Origin: the human T2T-CHM13v2.0 reference genome, Homo sapiens
Direction: 5' to 3' (one strand)
Assembly: GCF_009914755.1 (NCBI RefSeq)
Contig: NC_060947.1
Length of the DNA stretch: 64,000 nucleotides
The notes beneath the pieces are model-generated. The model had not been told where the DNA came from. It was given only the letters and a program-made list of their open reading frames with translations, and made no database searches. A program made the translations under genes and the position numbers. Of this stretch, positions 12,481-26,460 are shown one piece after another; within the stretch, counting starts at the first letter, position 1; each line of letters opens with the position of its first letter.

Positions 12481-13169
12481 AAGGGTGGGAAAGAACCCTT
12501 GACCAAGACTCAGAAGACTTGGGTTCCGGTCTCTCTTACCCAGTAACCTGCAGGGTGATCTTAGGCAGCTCATCCACCTCTGCTACCTCTGTCCTTTGGC
12601 TATAAAAAGCTACAAATCCTCAGGGGGATCCTTAGCACATTCCCAGGGTAATTGGGAAGATGCGATGTGAGATAGCTAGGAAAGCTTTTGAAAGTTGAAA
12701 TTGCTTTTCAAACGAAGAAGGGTGATTATGATTGCAGAGGGAGGAAACTTTTCCCAGAGGCTGGAGCCAGAAGTAAGCCCCACAGGTTTAGGAGACTGTG
12801 GAGGAGCAGCCAGGCTGAGCTGCAGCAGGGAAAGGATGAGCAAAACCAGCCACACAGCCAGTAAGGGTGAGGGTGGGGGCAGGGGGGAGCGGGGCAGTCG
12901 CAGCACGTGGAAGCCCAACAGGACCTTAGAGCATAGGTTGCTTTAAGACTGGAAAGCCTTGTCTGCCAAGCTCATGAGTTGGGATTGAGTTCTCACCAAC
13001 TCTCACCTTTCGCCTATTGAGTGAGTGTAGCCCTGTCACCCTGTGAATCTGTATGTGGTGGGGAGGGGGATGCATGCTAGCGCCACCATCACTATACAGC
13101 ATACGCATAGCTGTGCATATATGGACCAGCTGTTTGAACTAGCATCCCATAGAGAAGAGAAAGAGAGTT

Positions 13170-13400
13170 AATATCCATCATGCACCTATTATATGCCAGC
13201 ACTTTTCATCCACAACTTTACTTAGCTCAGAGAAACCACCAGGCAGGGATTATTGATGCCATTTTACAGATAAGAAAACTGAGACACTAAGGGAGAGCTG
13301 CCCCATGATCCAATAACAAGGAAGTTGTAGAGCCAGGATTTGAGCCCAAATCTGCCTAATTCTCAAGCCTGTGCCTATTGCACCATACCATGTGCTTCTC
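13170..13400 (-). mobile_element. MIR SINE
   Basis: ccattttacagataagaaaactgagac...gagccaggatttgagccca. Confidence 0.8.
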
Positions 13401-14329
13401 AGCATCTTTGCATCTGTGACAGGCATTAGTAACCCTGGAGACTGGATGTGGTGGAAGGAGGGGTCTGGGCTTGCTTGTGGTAGGGCTAGCAAATCTCTAT
13501 GGCAACAAGGGCTGCAATGCCCAGCCTTGTAGAAGTCCCACCACATATCGTTTGATGGCATATTTGTATTATTGGAATAACTGAACTCATTGGGGACTCC
13601 ATGCTGGGTCCAGAAGCTAGAGCCAGGGATTCCTGAGGTAATAAGAAAGTAGAGGATTCTTGAATTTAAGCCTAAACCAGGTTAGGCTGAGAGAGGCTTC
13701 AGATCCAGACGACTGGTATCATGCTGGTTTCCAACATCCCTCTCCCCGCAAGCAACCGAATCAGCACTGTAAATACGGTGGCCTGTGCTTCAGGATGAAA
13801 ATGAGTCCACCATTCTCTTCTCTGTACCTAAACAAAATGAGGAAATCATCTCATTACATTTGCAAGGCATTTTTATAGTTGACCTGGCTCTTTCATCTTC
13901 ACAAGTTTATTGAATTCTCACATCCTCGATTTCAGTATGGTGGAAGCTAAAATGGCAGAGACTTATAAGGGAGTCCATTGACCCCTATCCCCCTGGGAGC
14001 TTCTTCCTAAAGACCTATTTTCTAGTCAGACTTAATGAGTCCATTGGAAGGTATGGAAGAAGTTAAAATTCTAGGCCACCGAACAAAATATTTCCTGGTG
14101 CCCTCCTCCCATGACTGAGAGATGTGTTGGAGGCAGAGGCACAGGCCCTGGGGATTGGGGCCAATCGTGATATGCCCACATTTTCTGGGCCAGAACATAG
14201 AAGGAAACAAAAAGTAGGTGTAAAAAGAAAGGTACAATGGCCACCCTAATGTCAAATACAAGGGGAATGGCAAAATAAAGATGTTGCATCCAACTTCACT
14301 GAAATATGGTAGACCATGAAAGCTAATTA

Positions 14330-14560
14330 TGAAGACTTGAGCAACATGAACAATGCTTATAATAAAGTGTAACATGCAAAAGGCAAAACACAAAACTGTT
14401 TCTATGCTGAGCTTCACAAACCCTGCAGAAAGTATGTCTGCACATGGCCAATAATTGGAAGAGAACTGTGGAAAAATCAAAACTTGATTTATTGTGGGTG
14501 GCAGGCTTGGTGGATTTTTCTTTCCCTTAGATTTCCATTAATGTTGTTATAATGTTGTTT
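14330..14560 (+). mobile_element. Old L1ME 3' end fragment
   Basis: aacatgaacaatgcttataataaagtg...aaaggcaaaacacaaaactgt. Confidence 0.45.
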
Positions 14561-15219
14561 GTGCAAAGAATAATAAAAACCATTAACACATACAACAATT
14601 ACACTGGGAAATCATTCTGTCAAGCTGAGAGACCAAATCATATCATTTCCCTGAGCCAGCAAACACACTCGGAAGACATAAAGACAAAATTAGGTACCTT
14701 TTTGGAGAGAGGCAGCTACAAGGAATGGGGAGAGATCATGAAATTAGTGTGGGAAGCTGCACGTTTGAACTCAAGTTCAGATCCTTATGTTAGAGAAAGC
14801 TGTTTCACCCCTGTATCCTCAGTTTGTTCATCTGCAATGTATGAATGTTGATAATAATAGCCTGAGGAGCAAATGATCTGGGACATTCTCAAAGACCTTG
14901 TGAAGTGTAAAATGCTGCATATTGTAAAACCTTATCATGGCATGTGTATGGATGCTTTGAAACAAGAGTGTTAGATACTGTTTTCCACTGTCACACCCAG
15001 TTGACAACAAAGCCAGCCTGGGCCTGTGCTGCTGGGTGGCTTCAGTTAGCAACCACCTTGTCTTCTCTCAGTGCTGGGTGCCATTGAAATCTGATTAAGC
15101 AAGCAAAGCTTTCTAGTTTTCGCCTTGGATGGGAAATCATCAAGAAAATGTTGTGGGTTTTTCTCTTCCTCTAAAATGCTTGAACTCTGAACATGGTGAA
15201 GACCTCCACAGCTCTTGGA

Positions 15220-15410
15220 TTCTCAGCTAGACTTGGCCAGTTACAAGCTGTGTGTCTTCAGGCAAGTGACCTAAGCTCATCGAGCCTCCTTGGTCAGTTG
15301 GAATTAATAGTGCCTACCTCATGGGGTGGTTGTGAGGATGAAATCAGGTGCTGCATGTAAAGCACCTGCTATGTAGTAAGCAAGGAGCGTGTGTGAGCTG
15401 CTCTTGTTAT
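15220..15410 (+). mobile_element. MIR SINE
   Basis: agctgtgtgtcttcaggcaagtgacctaagc...cctacctcatggggtggttgtgaggatgaaat. Confidence 0.8.
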
Positions 15411-15511
15411 TGCTCAAGATGATCAGGGTAAGAAGGGTCTCTAAAAATCACCTGAACCAGGGGTTCTCAATGAGGCGGTGAGAGGGATGTGGAGGGGGTC
15501 TTGGGGGAGCA

Positions 15512-15513
<2 letters not shown>

Positions 15514-15546
<33 letters not shown>

Positions 15547-15554
15547 GTGTGTGT
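15514..15554. repeat. (TG)n microsatellite at an Alu tail/TSD
   Basis: Seen directly. Confidence 0.95.
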
Positions 15555-15555
15555 A

Positions 15556-15848
<293 letters not shown>

Positions 15849-17699
15849 GAACACAGTGTATATTATATATGGTCATGCATATTATTATTTTTGCATGGCA
15901 ACATTGAAAAGTCTTCCACGAGAAAAGCAGATTTTTTTGTCTCCATTATGGTGAGACCCAGGTATTTTAGTAAAGGTGAGGTGTGTGCTTAGAAACCACT
16001 AATCTCCCACAAACCTTTCATTTTATGGATCCACAAAAGTAAGGTGACATTCCCAGGGTCATGCAGCTACAGAGATCAATAGGGGCAACAGTCCAGTTTC
16101 TTTCCCCACCACTGCCACCACCACTGCCCAAGAGTTGTTCTTATGACCTCTGGGATTTCCTCATTAACAGAGTAGAGACACCCTAGGCCACATGGTCATG
16201 GCCGTACAGCCATTATCAAGCTGGGAGAAACCAGACAAGGCTCTGACATTGAAAAGAGGCAAAAATGATGCTTGAGACTACAAGGAAAGATGTCCTTGGT
16301 AGGAGACCCTGCACACTGATGTGTCAGCTCCTCATCACCCCTAGGCAGTACTTTCAAACAATCTGGGCTAACGTGGCCTCCTAAGTGCCATCTCCAGTCA
16401 TGTGGAGTAAATTGTCTTTGATGAAACCTTCATTTCTCTCAATAGCAGATTTTCTATTTCAAAAGTCAGTTTCCTGTCAAAATCTCCCAGAGCACAGACA
16501 GAGGGGTGTGGGGGTCCCAGGAGCAGGGTGAGGCTCCTAATTGCTCCCCACCATTCGGGTGGAGTGTGTTCTCTGAGTTTTGTTTTTGGCATTAGGGAGG
16601 GTAGCACAGAGCCACCTCTATCAATTCCTTTTGTGGAATTCATAGGCCTGGTCAGGGTGGGGTGCAGGTGGGGTGCTCTTTGGGCCCTTTAAGCTTGTCT
16701 CAGAGATGTGCAATCCCCTCCCCGATGCCACACAGGAGATAAAAGTCATGCACTGCCCCTGTGGAATATTCTGACCCACCTAGCAGCCTGGGGCCCTGCT
16801 TCTGCTTCTGGGACCTGGCTTTGGGGGTTTCTAGCTTCCCAGGCTGAGCTCTTCACACTCCCCCCACCTCCCCACTGTTGAACACTGCCACTTCTGGCCT
16901 CTCCCCTGCCAGAATCTTGACTATCCCAACCCTGCACCATAACCGTCTTCCTGGCTGGCTTGGGGGATGGGAGCTGTCTGCCCAGGGTACAGAGCGAGGT
17001 TGGAAAGGTTGAGAGTCATGATGCTCAGAGCCAGAGGTCACACTGCTGGTTCTGAGGATGAAGATGGCTCCCCACCGCCCTCAATTACAGGTCTCCAACC
17101 CCAGAAACATGAGGTCTGTGTCATGGAAACTTATATACACAGCCGTTTCCCCACCCAGGGACAATAGCTTACCATGACTCCAGCCCAAAGAACGCCCAAA
17201 CCTGAGTTGGGGGAACAAAAGACAAATATGGACTGGGACTCTAATTTGTGGAGTCTTCCCATCTCAAATAACATGTGGCTCTGGCCATGTGCAATGTGCA
17301 ATGGCAGCTCCTACCACAGCAACAGAAGCCACCTCCAGCCCAGAGGGATCCGGGGTGAGATGTGACTGTGAAACAGGATGACAAACTCAGGTATGTGTGA
17401 GGCAGGCCAGAGACAATAGCCAGTGGGAGAGCCAAGCCCAGAGTAGGAGCAGCAGTGTTTTAGAAAGGTGGCCCTCCTGCGCCTTAGAGGGAAGGCCCAG
17501 GGTACCGGTCAGAAAGGCCATAGGAGGACTGCTAGGAAACACGGGCCAGCTCCAGCAGGGCTTCTGTGGAGCCAGGCAGTAGCTTGAGCAGTGGGCAGAT
17601 ATTTACTCACAGAGTCAACATAGCAACTTTATGGCACAGGTCCTTTTATTAGCTCCTAAAGGGCATATATAAATGAGAAACCGTAGACTACATAAGTGA

Positions 17700-17835
17700 T
17701 CTATAGATTAGAAACTGAGGCTCAGAGAGGTTAAGTGACATGCCCAAGGGCACACAGGCTGTAAATGGTGAGGCTGGGATTTGAGCCCAGGCAGTAGGGC
17801 TCCCAAGTCTGTCTTCTTAGCCCCTATGCTAATCT
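17700..17835 (-). mobile_element. MIR SINE
   Basis: gaaactgaggctcagagaggttaagtgacatgcccaagg. Confidence 0.85.
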
Positions 17836-18059
17836 GCCAATGTGAGGGGGGTAAGAGTCAGGCTGTCCTTGCTTTTAGCCCACTAGCTGGGCTTTAAGAC
17901 TGGACTTTCCTAAAAACTGGTGCAATGGTTCTCCACCTGGGGAGATTTGAAGCAGTATCAATGCCTAGGCTCCACCCCTCAGAAGTTCTGGTTTAATTGG
18001 TCCGAAGTGAAGTTCAGCCTTCAGAGAGTACAGAGGGTAGGGTGGAACTGCAGTTTTCA

Positions 18060-18400
18060 CAGAAGCTCCTCAACTTAAAAACACACAGCATCTCTCCCAT
18101 CCTGACAAACATCTGACTCCCTTCTCTAGTTCTGCCTCTCCCTCCAGCTACGGCCCTCTTTCCTCTCTAACCACAGCCAGACTTCCTGAGAGGTGTCTCC
18201 CCTCCCCTCCCATTTCCCTCCTTAACCTGCTGCAGTCTGGCCTCCGTGAAGCCATCCTTGCCAAGGTCACCCTCTGAGTGGTGCTAAAGTGAACAGTGCT
18301 TACGCCTCGGACTACTTAACTTCTTGAATGCATCTAACCATTCCTTGCTCCTGGAAACTAACCCTCTTCCCAGCTCAGGGACACAATGCATTCTCCTTGT
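18060..18400 (+). mobile_element. L2 LINE fragment
   Basis: cctgctgcagtctggcctcc...ttgccaaggtcacc...cttgctcctggaaac. Confidence 0.55.
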
Positions 18401-20183
18401 CTGGGGATTTCACCTCAGTCTTTTTATATGGCTTCTGTACCATGCTGTACAAATACATTCTGAAGGTAGGGTCTCCAGAGACCCATGCATGAGCCCTGGC
18501 CCTGCCCTCAAAGAGTTGAAAGTCTTTTCAACGCAGATGGCTCTGGCCATGTGCGAAGGTAGACCTCCATCTTGAGCCTTCCTTCAAGCTGTTTCCTTGT
18601 CTTTCTGTGTCCCTGGCAAAGATAGAAAAGAGAGTAAGTCTCACGCTGAGTCTCTTTCCACCCTGTGAGCAAGAGCCAATGATTCCTCTCTTCCGATTAG
18701 AAGACAGTTACTGGAACGAGGGCTCAATCCATCGCCCATGCTCATTTTGCCAATGTAGTCATTTAGTAATGAAGAACAAAGAAGTCCCTTTGTAAGGAGC
18801 TTCTCCCACATGCGATTTGTTTCCTGGGTCCTTGTCCTTCCAAACAAAGAGAAACAAATTGGAACAAGATATGTTTTCAGTGTTTGAAAGCCAGTGATTC
18901 TCTTGTGCTTTGTGCACCAGGAAATAGGCTTTGCTGGAATCTGCAGTCTATTGGCGGAAGTGTAGGTAGGTGAAGAGGTAGGGAAGATCGGCAGGGTTCT
19001 CCTGATGCCACGAAGAGCAAGCTGGATGACCCCAAGTCTCATCCTTTAGCTGTTGGGCCTTGGGAAAGCCCCTTTCCCTTTCTGAGCCTCAGTTTCCTCC
19101 TGGATTAAATGGAACTAGTTGTCTTTAGCTCCTCTGTGGTGAGGATGATAGGAGATGACCTCTATGTGCTGTAGAGTAGGCCATTGCTAGGCGTTGGGGG
19201 AAATTGAATGGAATTGCATCCAGCCGTAGTTCACAGACTCGTTCCAGGCCAAGAGAGAAAGTGTGTGTGTGGAAGAGAGACTTGCAAAAAACAAGGCCTA
19301 TCCCTGTGCACGCCTCTCCTCTGGGAAGGAAGGGGCCTGCACAGTGACAATAGACCAGGGGCGCTGACTCAGACAGCCAGTTCCTGTTCATTTCCCCTCA
19401 CTGCAGGACAGCCGCTGAGCGGGAGGTCAGCCCTCTGAGGGGCTCTGACTCGGGCCTTTGGCTGAGAACCTTACCTAGAGAAAGACAAGCCCAACTCACA
19501 GTAAACTTCCCTCGCCTGTCCGCTGTGACTGGGCCGACGGGTCCAGGGTGGCTGTGGGTGGAGTGCAGCGGGGTGGAGAAAGAGAGAGGAAACTCACTTT
19601 TGAATCCTCAGTTGCTTTCCCTAGGCTGGGCTGCCCAGGAACAACTTCAATGGGCAAAGGAGTATGTGATCGATGGGACCAAGGTGCTGGGAAACGGGGT
19701 TCAGGAAAGTCCCTGGGCACCCACTGAGGAGCCTAGGGACAGGGTTTGGGACAGTGTGGAGCCCGTCGGCTCCCTGCCCCCAGTGTGGGCTCAGCACACA
19801 CTTTTCTCATGTGGATTCTTGGTTATCCACACCGCTGGGATGGAGAGAACTGACTCTGTCACCCTCTTCTGGATCCGGGGAGGTGAGTCGTTGGGGGAAG
19901 AAGGGTGCATGCTCAGCAGAGGGGAAAAGGGAAGGAACTGGGGCTCATGGAGGAGGAGGAGCTTTCTGCACTCACAGCTATGCTGAGGCAGCCTGGGCTG
20001 CTTTGGGAGGGAGTGGGACTGCGTTCTAGAGGTGTGCACAGAGGGGCAGGATGGCCACTTAACCGAGATCCTCTGAAGGGAATTCATAATCGGATGGCTT
20101 TGGAAGACAGGGTGGATGTGATCACATCCCAACCCTGATATTCTGGGATCCTAAAGGATTAATAAAAGTGATGGAGGAATTCT

Positions 20184-20186
<3 letters not shown>

Positions 20187-20217
<31 letters not shown>
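20187..20217. repeat. (TG)n microsatellite
   Basis: Seen directly. Confidence 0.95.
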
Positions 20218-20221
<4 letters not shown>

Positions 20222-20308
20222 ATTACTGCACCTCTTACTTCCTCTACTCTTGTCCCAGATTCTGAGGCCTTGTCCCTTCGGTGGTAGAAAATTCCATCTC
20301 ATTCAATC

Positions 20309-20415
20309 CATCTCATTCAATCTTGGGGCTTTATTTGCCTCCTGGACTCCTGCTAAAATGCTGAATTTATTTTTGCAATACCAAGGCATGTAGGCAAGGA
20401 GAGGCAGGAAAGGGG
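20309..20415 (+). repeat. Inverted repeat arm A (donor of the copy at 21957-22063)
   Basis: Reverse complement matches 21957-22063 at 102/107, no gaps (manual alignment). Confidence 0.95.
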
Positions 20416-21914
20416 TTCCTGTCACTGGTCTTCTGTACACACAGGTTGCTACCAAGGGACCAAGAGCTTTCTAATTGCAGTTCAAGCCAGACCTCCTGGC
20501 AGTAAGGCAGAAGCAAGTACAGGGCCCTGTGCCACACTAGGACCCCTCTCTGGCTTCTGTGAAGAAGACTAGCCACGTGGTGGTGGGGGAGGGGGCGCGT
20601 GATGCCACAGTGACATGCCCTTGAAAATGTCTGGAAGCTACTGCTTGTGGAGGTAGCTGGCAGGACAGACTGAGTCCATGCTGTGTCTCTGGAGTTTTAG
20701 TTGGCCCTTTGCATCAGGCGTATGCTCAAAAGCAGTTTATGAGCTAAAGTGGTGACGGGACCAAAACCGAAGTCCCATGAGGACCACGTGCTGTTTGGCA
20801 TGGAGAAGAATCAGAGGAAAGTGATCTTTGGTCTTCAGGTCTTTGAGGGACTGTCACTGGATGATGGGAGTAGATGCGGTCTGCGTGGGGCCTCAGGAGG
20901 CAAAGCTGAGGTCTGTAGACAAGGAGGAACTTTCCAACAGACCCTCCATGGGTGCAGTGGCCTGCCTTGAAAAGGAGCCAAGGGTCTTGGTAACTTTTGC
21001 AGGTTACTTTTTTCACAGAGACACAGAGTGAGCCCTAGAGAAGAAGGGCATGTAGGAGCGAGCTTTCTGCTTCTGAGGGAGAGAGAATGGGAAGGAGGGG
21101 CCACCCTCACCTGGGATGAAGGCCCAACACCCCCCTGACCTCCACCTTCACAACTTCTCACCTGGTTTGGCCTCCCTCATCTCTCTCCCTCCTATGGGGC
21201 TCCCTGCTTCCACTCTCCAGCCCATTCTCCACTCTGCAGCATGAGCGAGCCTTTAAAAAACAGACGCAGCTGCTCAAAATCCTGTGATGGCCTCCCATGG
21301 CCCACTGGTGAAAGTCCGGATTTATTTCTCTTCTCTATTGCCTCCTTTCTACTCTCTAAAAACAGAGCTGAGATAAGATCGTTTCTCACTCTAACACAGC
21401 TCTGACATTTCATAAATCTTTGTCCTAGACAACTGGAAAGGGCTATATTTAACCTTCCGTCCTGTAGCTTTTAATGGAGGGACTTGCTTCAGGCACTGCC
21501 TTCTAATGCCACAGGAGACCAGAGTTTTTCTTTGTTCTCTACCAGCAGAGCCGCGACCTCGACAGACAGAGGCCACAGCTGGCCTCTCCCTCCAGTGAGA
21601 CGCACAAGTTGCTTGGCCAGGCATCGGCCCTAGAGCATCCACCTTCCCCTGTCTCTAGGTGAAGGAGGTCCCTGTCCCACCCTGTGAAGTGTGACCCTTC
21701 AACTTTCTTATCTGCATATACTTGAAAGACTCCTCATTAACCCCATAGCTGAGATAAGTGGGCCAGGTGAGCACAAGAATAGGTCAGACAGGGCCTGGAG
21801 GTATGGGCTTGGGAGTCTGGGCTAGGGGAGGGAGCCAGAGAGAAGAAAATGTATGGTCAGGAATCTGGTTGCGCAGGGTGCAGGGGCGAGGGTGGGGAAG
21901 GAAGCAATGCTAAG

Positions 21915-22265
21915 TAATGTACCAGGCCTGTGCTAGGAGCTTTGCATTAATTGCCTCCCCTTTCCTGCCTCTCCTTGCCTACATGCCTTAGTATTGCAAA
22001 AGTAAATTCAGCACTTTAGCAGGAGTCCAGGAGGCAAATAAAGCACCAAGATTGACTGAGATGCATTGTCTTTGCATTGATTGTATTGGTTGTGTGATCC
22101 TCACAAAAACCCTGTGAGGTGGGTACCATCCTTACCCACATTATACTCCAGTGAGGAGGCTTAAGTGACTGAAATGACTTACCTTAAGTCATACATAGTT
22201 AGGAAGCGACAGAACAGGGATTGAACCCAGGCCCATCAAACTCCAAAGCTTAGTTGCTTTGCCCA
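21915..22265 (-). mobile_element. MIR SINE interrupted by a 107-bp inverted local copy
   Basis: atgtaccaggcctgtgctaggagctttgcat...[insert]...gatcctcacaaaaaccctgtgagg...ggattgaacccagg. Confidence 0.75.
21957..22063 (-). repeat. Inverted repeat arm B (inserted copy of 20309-20415)
   Basis: 102/107 identity; flanked by near-direct repeat ctttgcatt(a/g)attg at 21940-21953 and 22070-22083. Confidence 0.95.
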
Positions 22266-22904
22266 GTCCCAGGATGTCCCTGGCTGACCTGGCACTGCCC
22301 TTTGGAGCAGCTCTGATGTGCTGGCCTCTCTCATTTCCTTGGGTTTCTTTTATAAACACTTGAGCCTCTGGTAGGTTCTTTCCACACTGCCCATCACACA
22401 GGCCTCAGGCCCACCGCCAACCTCGGCCAGGCTGAAGAGCGCAGCAGTTTGATATCTCTGATGGTGCCCCATGCTCTCAGGCCTCATGGGCTGGCTTCTC
22501 CCACATTCTGTACTCCAGCCTTGCAGATAACAGCTACTGGGATCAGTAGCCTAAAACAATGAACTATACTATTGTTTTTTTTCATGTTAACAGTTCCCTA
22601 GACTGCTAACACTAACCACCTCTGTGGCCTTGGACAAATTGTGTCCCTTCTGTGGTCCCAGCTTCCCCAGAGTGGGAAGATAAGACACTCTCTCTGGCCC
22701 TTCTGATTCAAAGAGTCTAGGATTCCCAGGGTCCCCCTCTCTCCAGCCCCACCGTTGCTGGTTCCCCCCTACAGTGTTGGGATGAGGGTAGCCAAAGGCA
22801 CTGGTTTGGAAACCTTCGCTGAGCCAAGCAATGGCTCCAGAGCCAATGGCCACAGCGACAGAGTGGCAATAACAACCACATTTGTAGGCTACTTTAGTGC
22901 TTAC

Positions 22905-23430
22905 CAACTGTTTTCACAGTCTGCGAAGTGGCAGGGAGGGAACTCCAAGGCGATTTTAATGGCACATAGTACATCTTTAAAGAACATTGAATTACATGGT
23001 GAGAAAATGATTCTCTTTTCCTTCTCTTTCCAGCTTTCTGATTACATCAAGGACAAGGTCTCAGTGTGGTGCTATTCTTCAACTTCTGTAATGCTTACTA
23101 ATCTTCTTTTGTAACAAAGCTAGAGCAGGCCTCAGGCTCAAAGACATGGACAGGCAACAATATCTACATAGAATTTAATTACTCTCTTCTGTTCTCATTG
23201 TATTTCTTTATACAGCCACTTTCTATTTATGGCAAGTGATACTCCTTTTGGTTTTGGTTATGGTTTCCATATAGAATTTCTTTTAATATAGATTTATTTG
23301 TTTAAGAAAAAAAAACAATTCACTTAGAGAAAAAGATTAAGTGAATTGTAAATAGAACCAGTGGTGCCTACATACAGCAAAACTTGTGAAACTGGTACCC
23401 TAATGGCCAAAACTTGGGGAACACTGGAAT
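22905..23430 (+). mobile_element. MER113-like hAT-Charlie element
   Basis: tttctgattacatcaagga...gagcaggcctcaggctca...tttatggcaagtgatact...ttggggaacactg. Confidence 0.65.
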
Positions 23431-23469
23431 GTGGCATTCACTCAGCAGGTGTTTTCTGAGCACCAAGTT

Positions 23470-23760
23470 CCTAAGGCCTAGAAGGCCCTGCACGATCTGT
23501 CTCTACTCTTGTCCCAGATTTTATTGCCCCTTACTCCCCCTGCCCACACACTGTCGTGCCTTCCAGCATGTTGCATCCTTTTTCTGGAATGTCTTTCCCA
23601 TATCCTTGCCCACTCATCAAACCTCAGCTTATCCTTCAAGACTCAGTTTAAATGGCACCTCCTCCAGGAAGCCTTCCTTCAAATCCCCCAGGTTAAGTTC
23701 AGCTTAGCACCAGGTTCATGTCTCTATTGTAGCATCTCTCACATTCCCATCATTCACTTA
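23470..23760 (+). mobile_element. L2 LINE fragment
   Basis: ttatccttcaagactcagtttaaatggcacctcctccaggaagccttcct. Confidence 0.75.
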
Positions 23761-23944
23761 CAGGCCTATATCCTCCACCCTTGGTTGCCAATGCATTTTA
23801 TAAGAAAAGCTTGAGAAGAGAGGGGGAGAGAGAATATAACTGTGAGTGAGGCCTATGTCAGTGACTGGTCCTGGGGACTATCACAGCTCCTGGTGTCACT
23901 TGGAATTGAGGCTTTCCAGATGCCAAGCCAGAGCCTGCACAGGC

Positions 23945-24337
23945 CACAAACCCAGCCTGGGGTCTGCAGGTCACATGCGGGAAGTTTATTGGGGTACTGC
24001 TAGGATCAGCATCTAGAGTCTAAGGGAAAGATGCAGGACTGGTTGGAGGGAGAAATTGGACTATGATGCTGTCCTAATGACAGCCTCAGCTGACACTTGG
24101 GGAGCTCTGGAGCTGGGTTGGTCCTTTAGAGTTGTTCTGAGTCAGGGTGAGGGGACCAGTCCTTAGATGCAGGCTGCCCCCAGGAGGAAGCATAGCCTTG
24201 AGCAAAGCATCTCTGTCTGAGGAGGTAGCTGGGCACTTCCCAAAGAGGGCCGTCAGCCAGCAGCAGTTCCGCGGCTGAGGGAATAAGGCCTTCAGTCCTG
24301 AACGGGAATCTGGGCACACATCACAGTGTCCACCACA
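23945..24337 (-). mobile_element. LTR33-like ERVL solo LTR
   Basis: gaagtttattgggg...ggggagctctggagctggg...catcacagtgtccaccaca. Confidence 0.65.
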
Positions 24338-24639
24338 CGGGTCTGGTCAGAGCCTCTGGGGCTTCAGTGCTGAGGAGGCAGCGAGGAGAGAACAGTGGTT
24401 TGGAGGGCAGAGTGTGGCTATCAAGAGCTGGCAGCTGGTAGGACCTAGTAAATGTTTGCTAAAAGACAGAATGGCTGGGTATGATGTTCCAGTCACCGGG
24501 CTTACAGGCAAGGAGGTTACAGAGGCAAACAAGTCACAGGGAACTTCTGGTATCACCAGGGCGACAGATATAAAAAGGGACTATTCCAGAACAGTGCAGT
24601 AAGTGATGTGATGTGTACCTGTGATGTGTACCAAAGACC

Positions 24640-24860
24640 AGGTTTCCACAGCACTTTGTTCGTGCTTTTCTTGGAGGCCTTCTATTATGACCCTTCTAAC
24701 AACCCTCTAAGGCACGAATTATTGTCCTCACCCTAAACATATGAAAACAGAGATCCAGGGTTTGCTTTAGACCTCACTGCAAGTCAGACCCCCCTGGCTG
24801 GGATGACCCCCAGCACAGCCTGCCTTCATAGCCCAGGCCCTCTCCCCTGTACCACCCAGC
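24640..24860 (-). mobile_element. Highly diverged MIR, containing the donor of the 26609-26680 insert
   Basis: aacaaccctctaagg...tatgaaaacagagatccag...gctgggatgacccccag. Confidence 0.55.
24773..24844 (+). repeat. Inverted repeat arm C (donor of the copy at 26609-26680)
   Basis: Reverse complement matches 26609-26680 at 68/72, no gaps (manual alignment). Confidence 0.95.
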
Positions 24861-25939
24861 CCCTCTCAAAGACACATGCAGTTCTTTGCTTATTACATAT
24901 ATTTCATCTTGACCTAGCCCTGCAAGATAGCAAAATAAGGGTGTCAGAAGAAAGTAGGTTTTTACCTTTATTTTCTTAACCTGCCCGGTATGCTTTCAGA
25001 AATAGATATATTCGGATCATATTTATAACCATGACATTCTTTTTTAATCTGGTTTTCTTTTTCCTGCACCTTCTTAACCACCTGTGAAATTCATCCATTG
25101 CACTCATCTGCTCTTCCATATCTTGTCTCAAACTTGAGAAAACTGGGATCAAAATCCAGTTAGTTCCTTTTGAGCTGTAAGGGGGGAAATACAGGTATTT
25201 TAAAATGTCAGCCTTATTCAAAAAAGCAAAACTTTCTTGGTTTGAAACACTAAAAATGTGTGAGACCAAGAACACCTCTGATTTTCTGTATGATCACTGC
25301 TCTAGGAGAAATTCTTTGTTTTTTTTTTGTTTTTTTTTTTTGTGGGGGGGTATAGTTTGAAGAAAATACCACATAGAGGCAACTAAAAATCCTCTTTGAG
25401 GAGTTGGGTCCCAGGCAGTGCAGCTGCTCCCTACTCCCTCCCTACCACCCGTATGCTGCGCCCTCTCCCCCACCTTTGTGCCCACCCTCCTCCTCAAACT
25501 CCAGGCCAAGTCCTTTTTCTCCTCTTCCTTCCCTGCCTAAAAGATTCCTCGGGGCCTCCTTCCCTGTCAGATGCCAATGAAGACAAATTTTGAGGCTGAA
25601 CAAAAAGAATTCTAGCATCTCTCCCAATGGGCCTCCTTGTGGTCTGCCTGGTCCCAGAGTTCACCTAAAGCACAGCTTTTCTCTAGAGCTTTCCTAGCAG
25701 AAGTCATAATGCTGTAGGGAACCAACAGTTGTTTTGTGTTCCAGAGGAGAAAGATGTTCCAGCTTCATATGTTCCCAGCAATAATAAAGATACACATGTT
25801 CTGTAGCCCTCACATGACTTCATTTCCCATCACTACCACAGGACCCTAATTAAAAATTTCCTTTCTCTTTGGATCTACCAAAATATCTTGCTGGCCTCGT
25901 TGGTTAAACAAGGGGGCCCTCATTTCTCATACTTCCTTA

Positions 25940-26356
<417 letters not shown>

Positions 26357-26460
26357 TCAAAGGGGTAAAAACATGAGTCTCATTCAAATGTATAATGATC
26401 ACGTGTCAAAGATTTATTTAACTCATTACAGTAAAGCTGATTTTTTAAAAAAGATACGAG

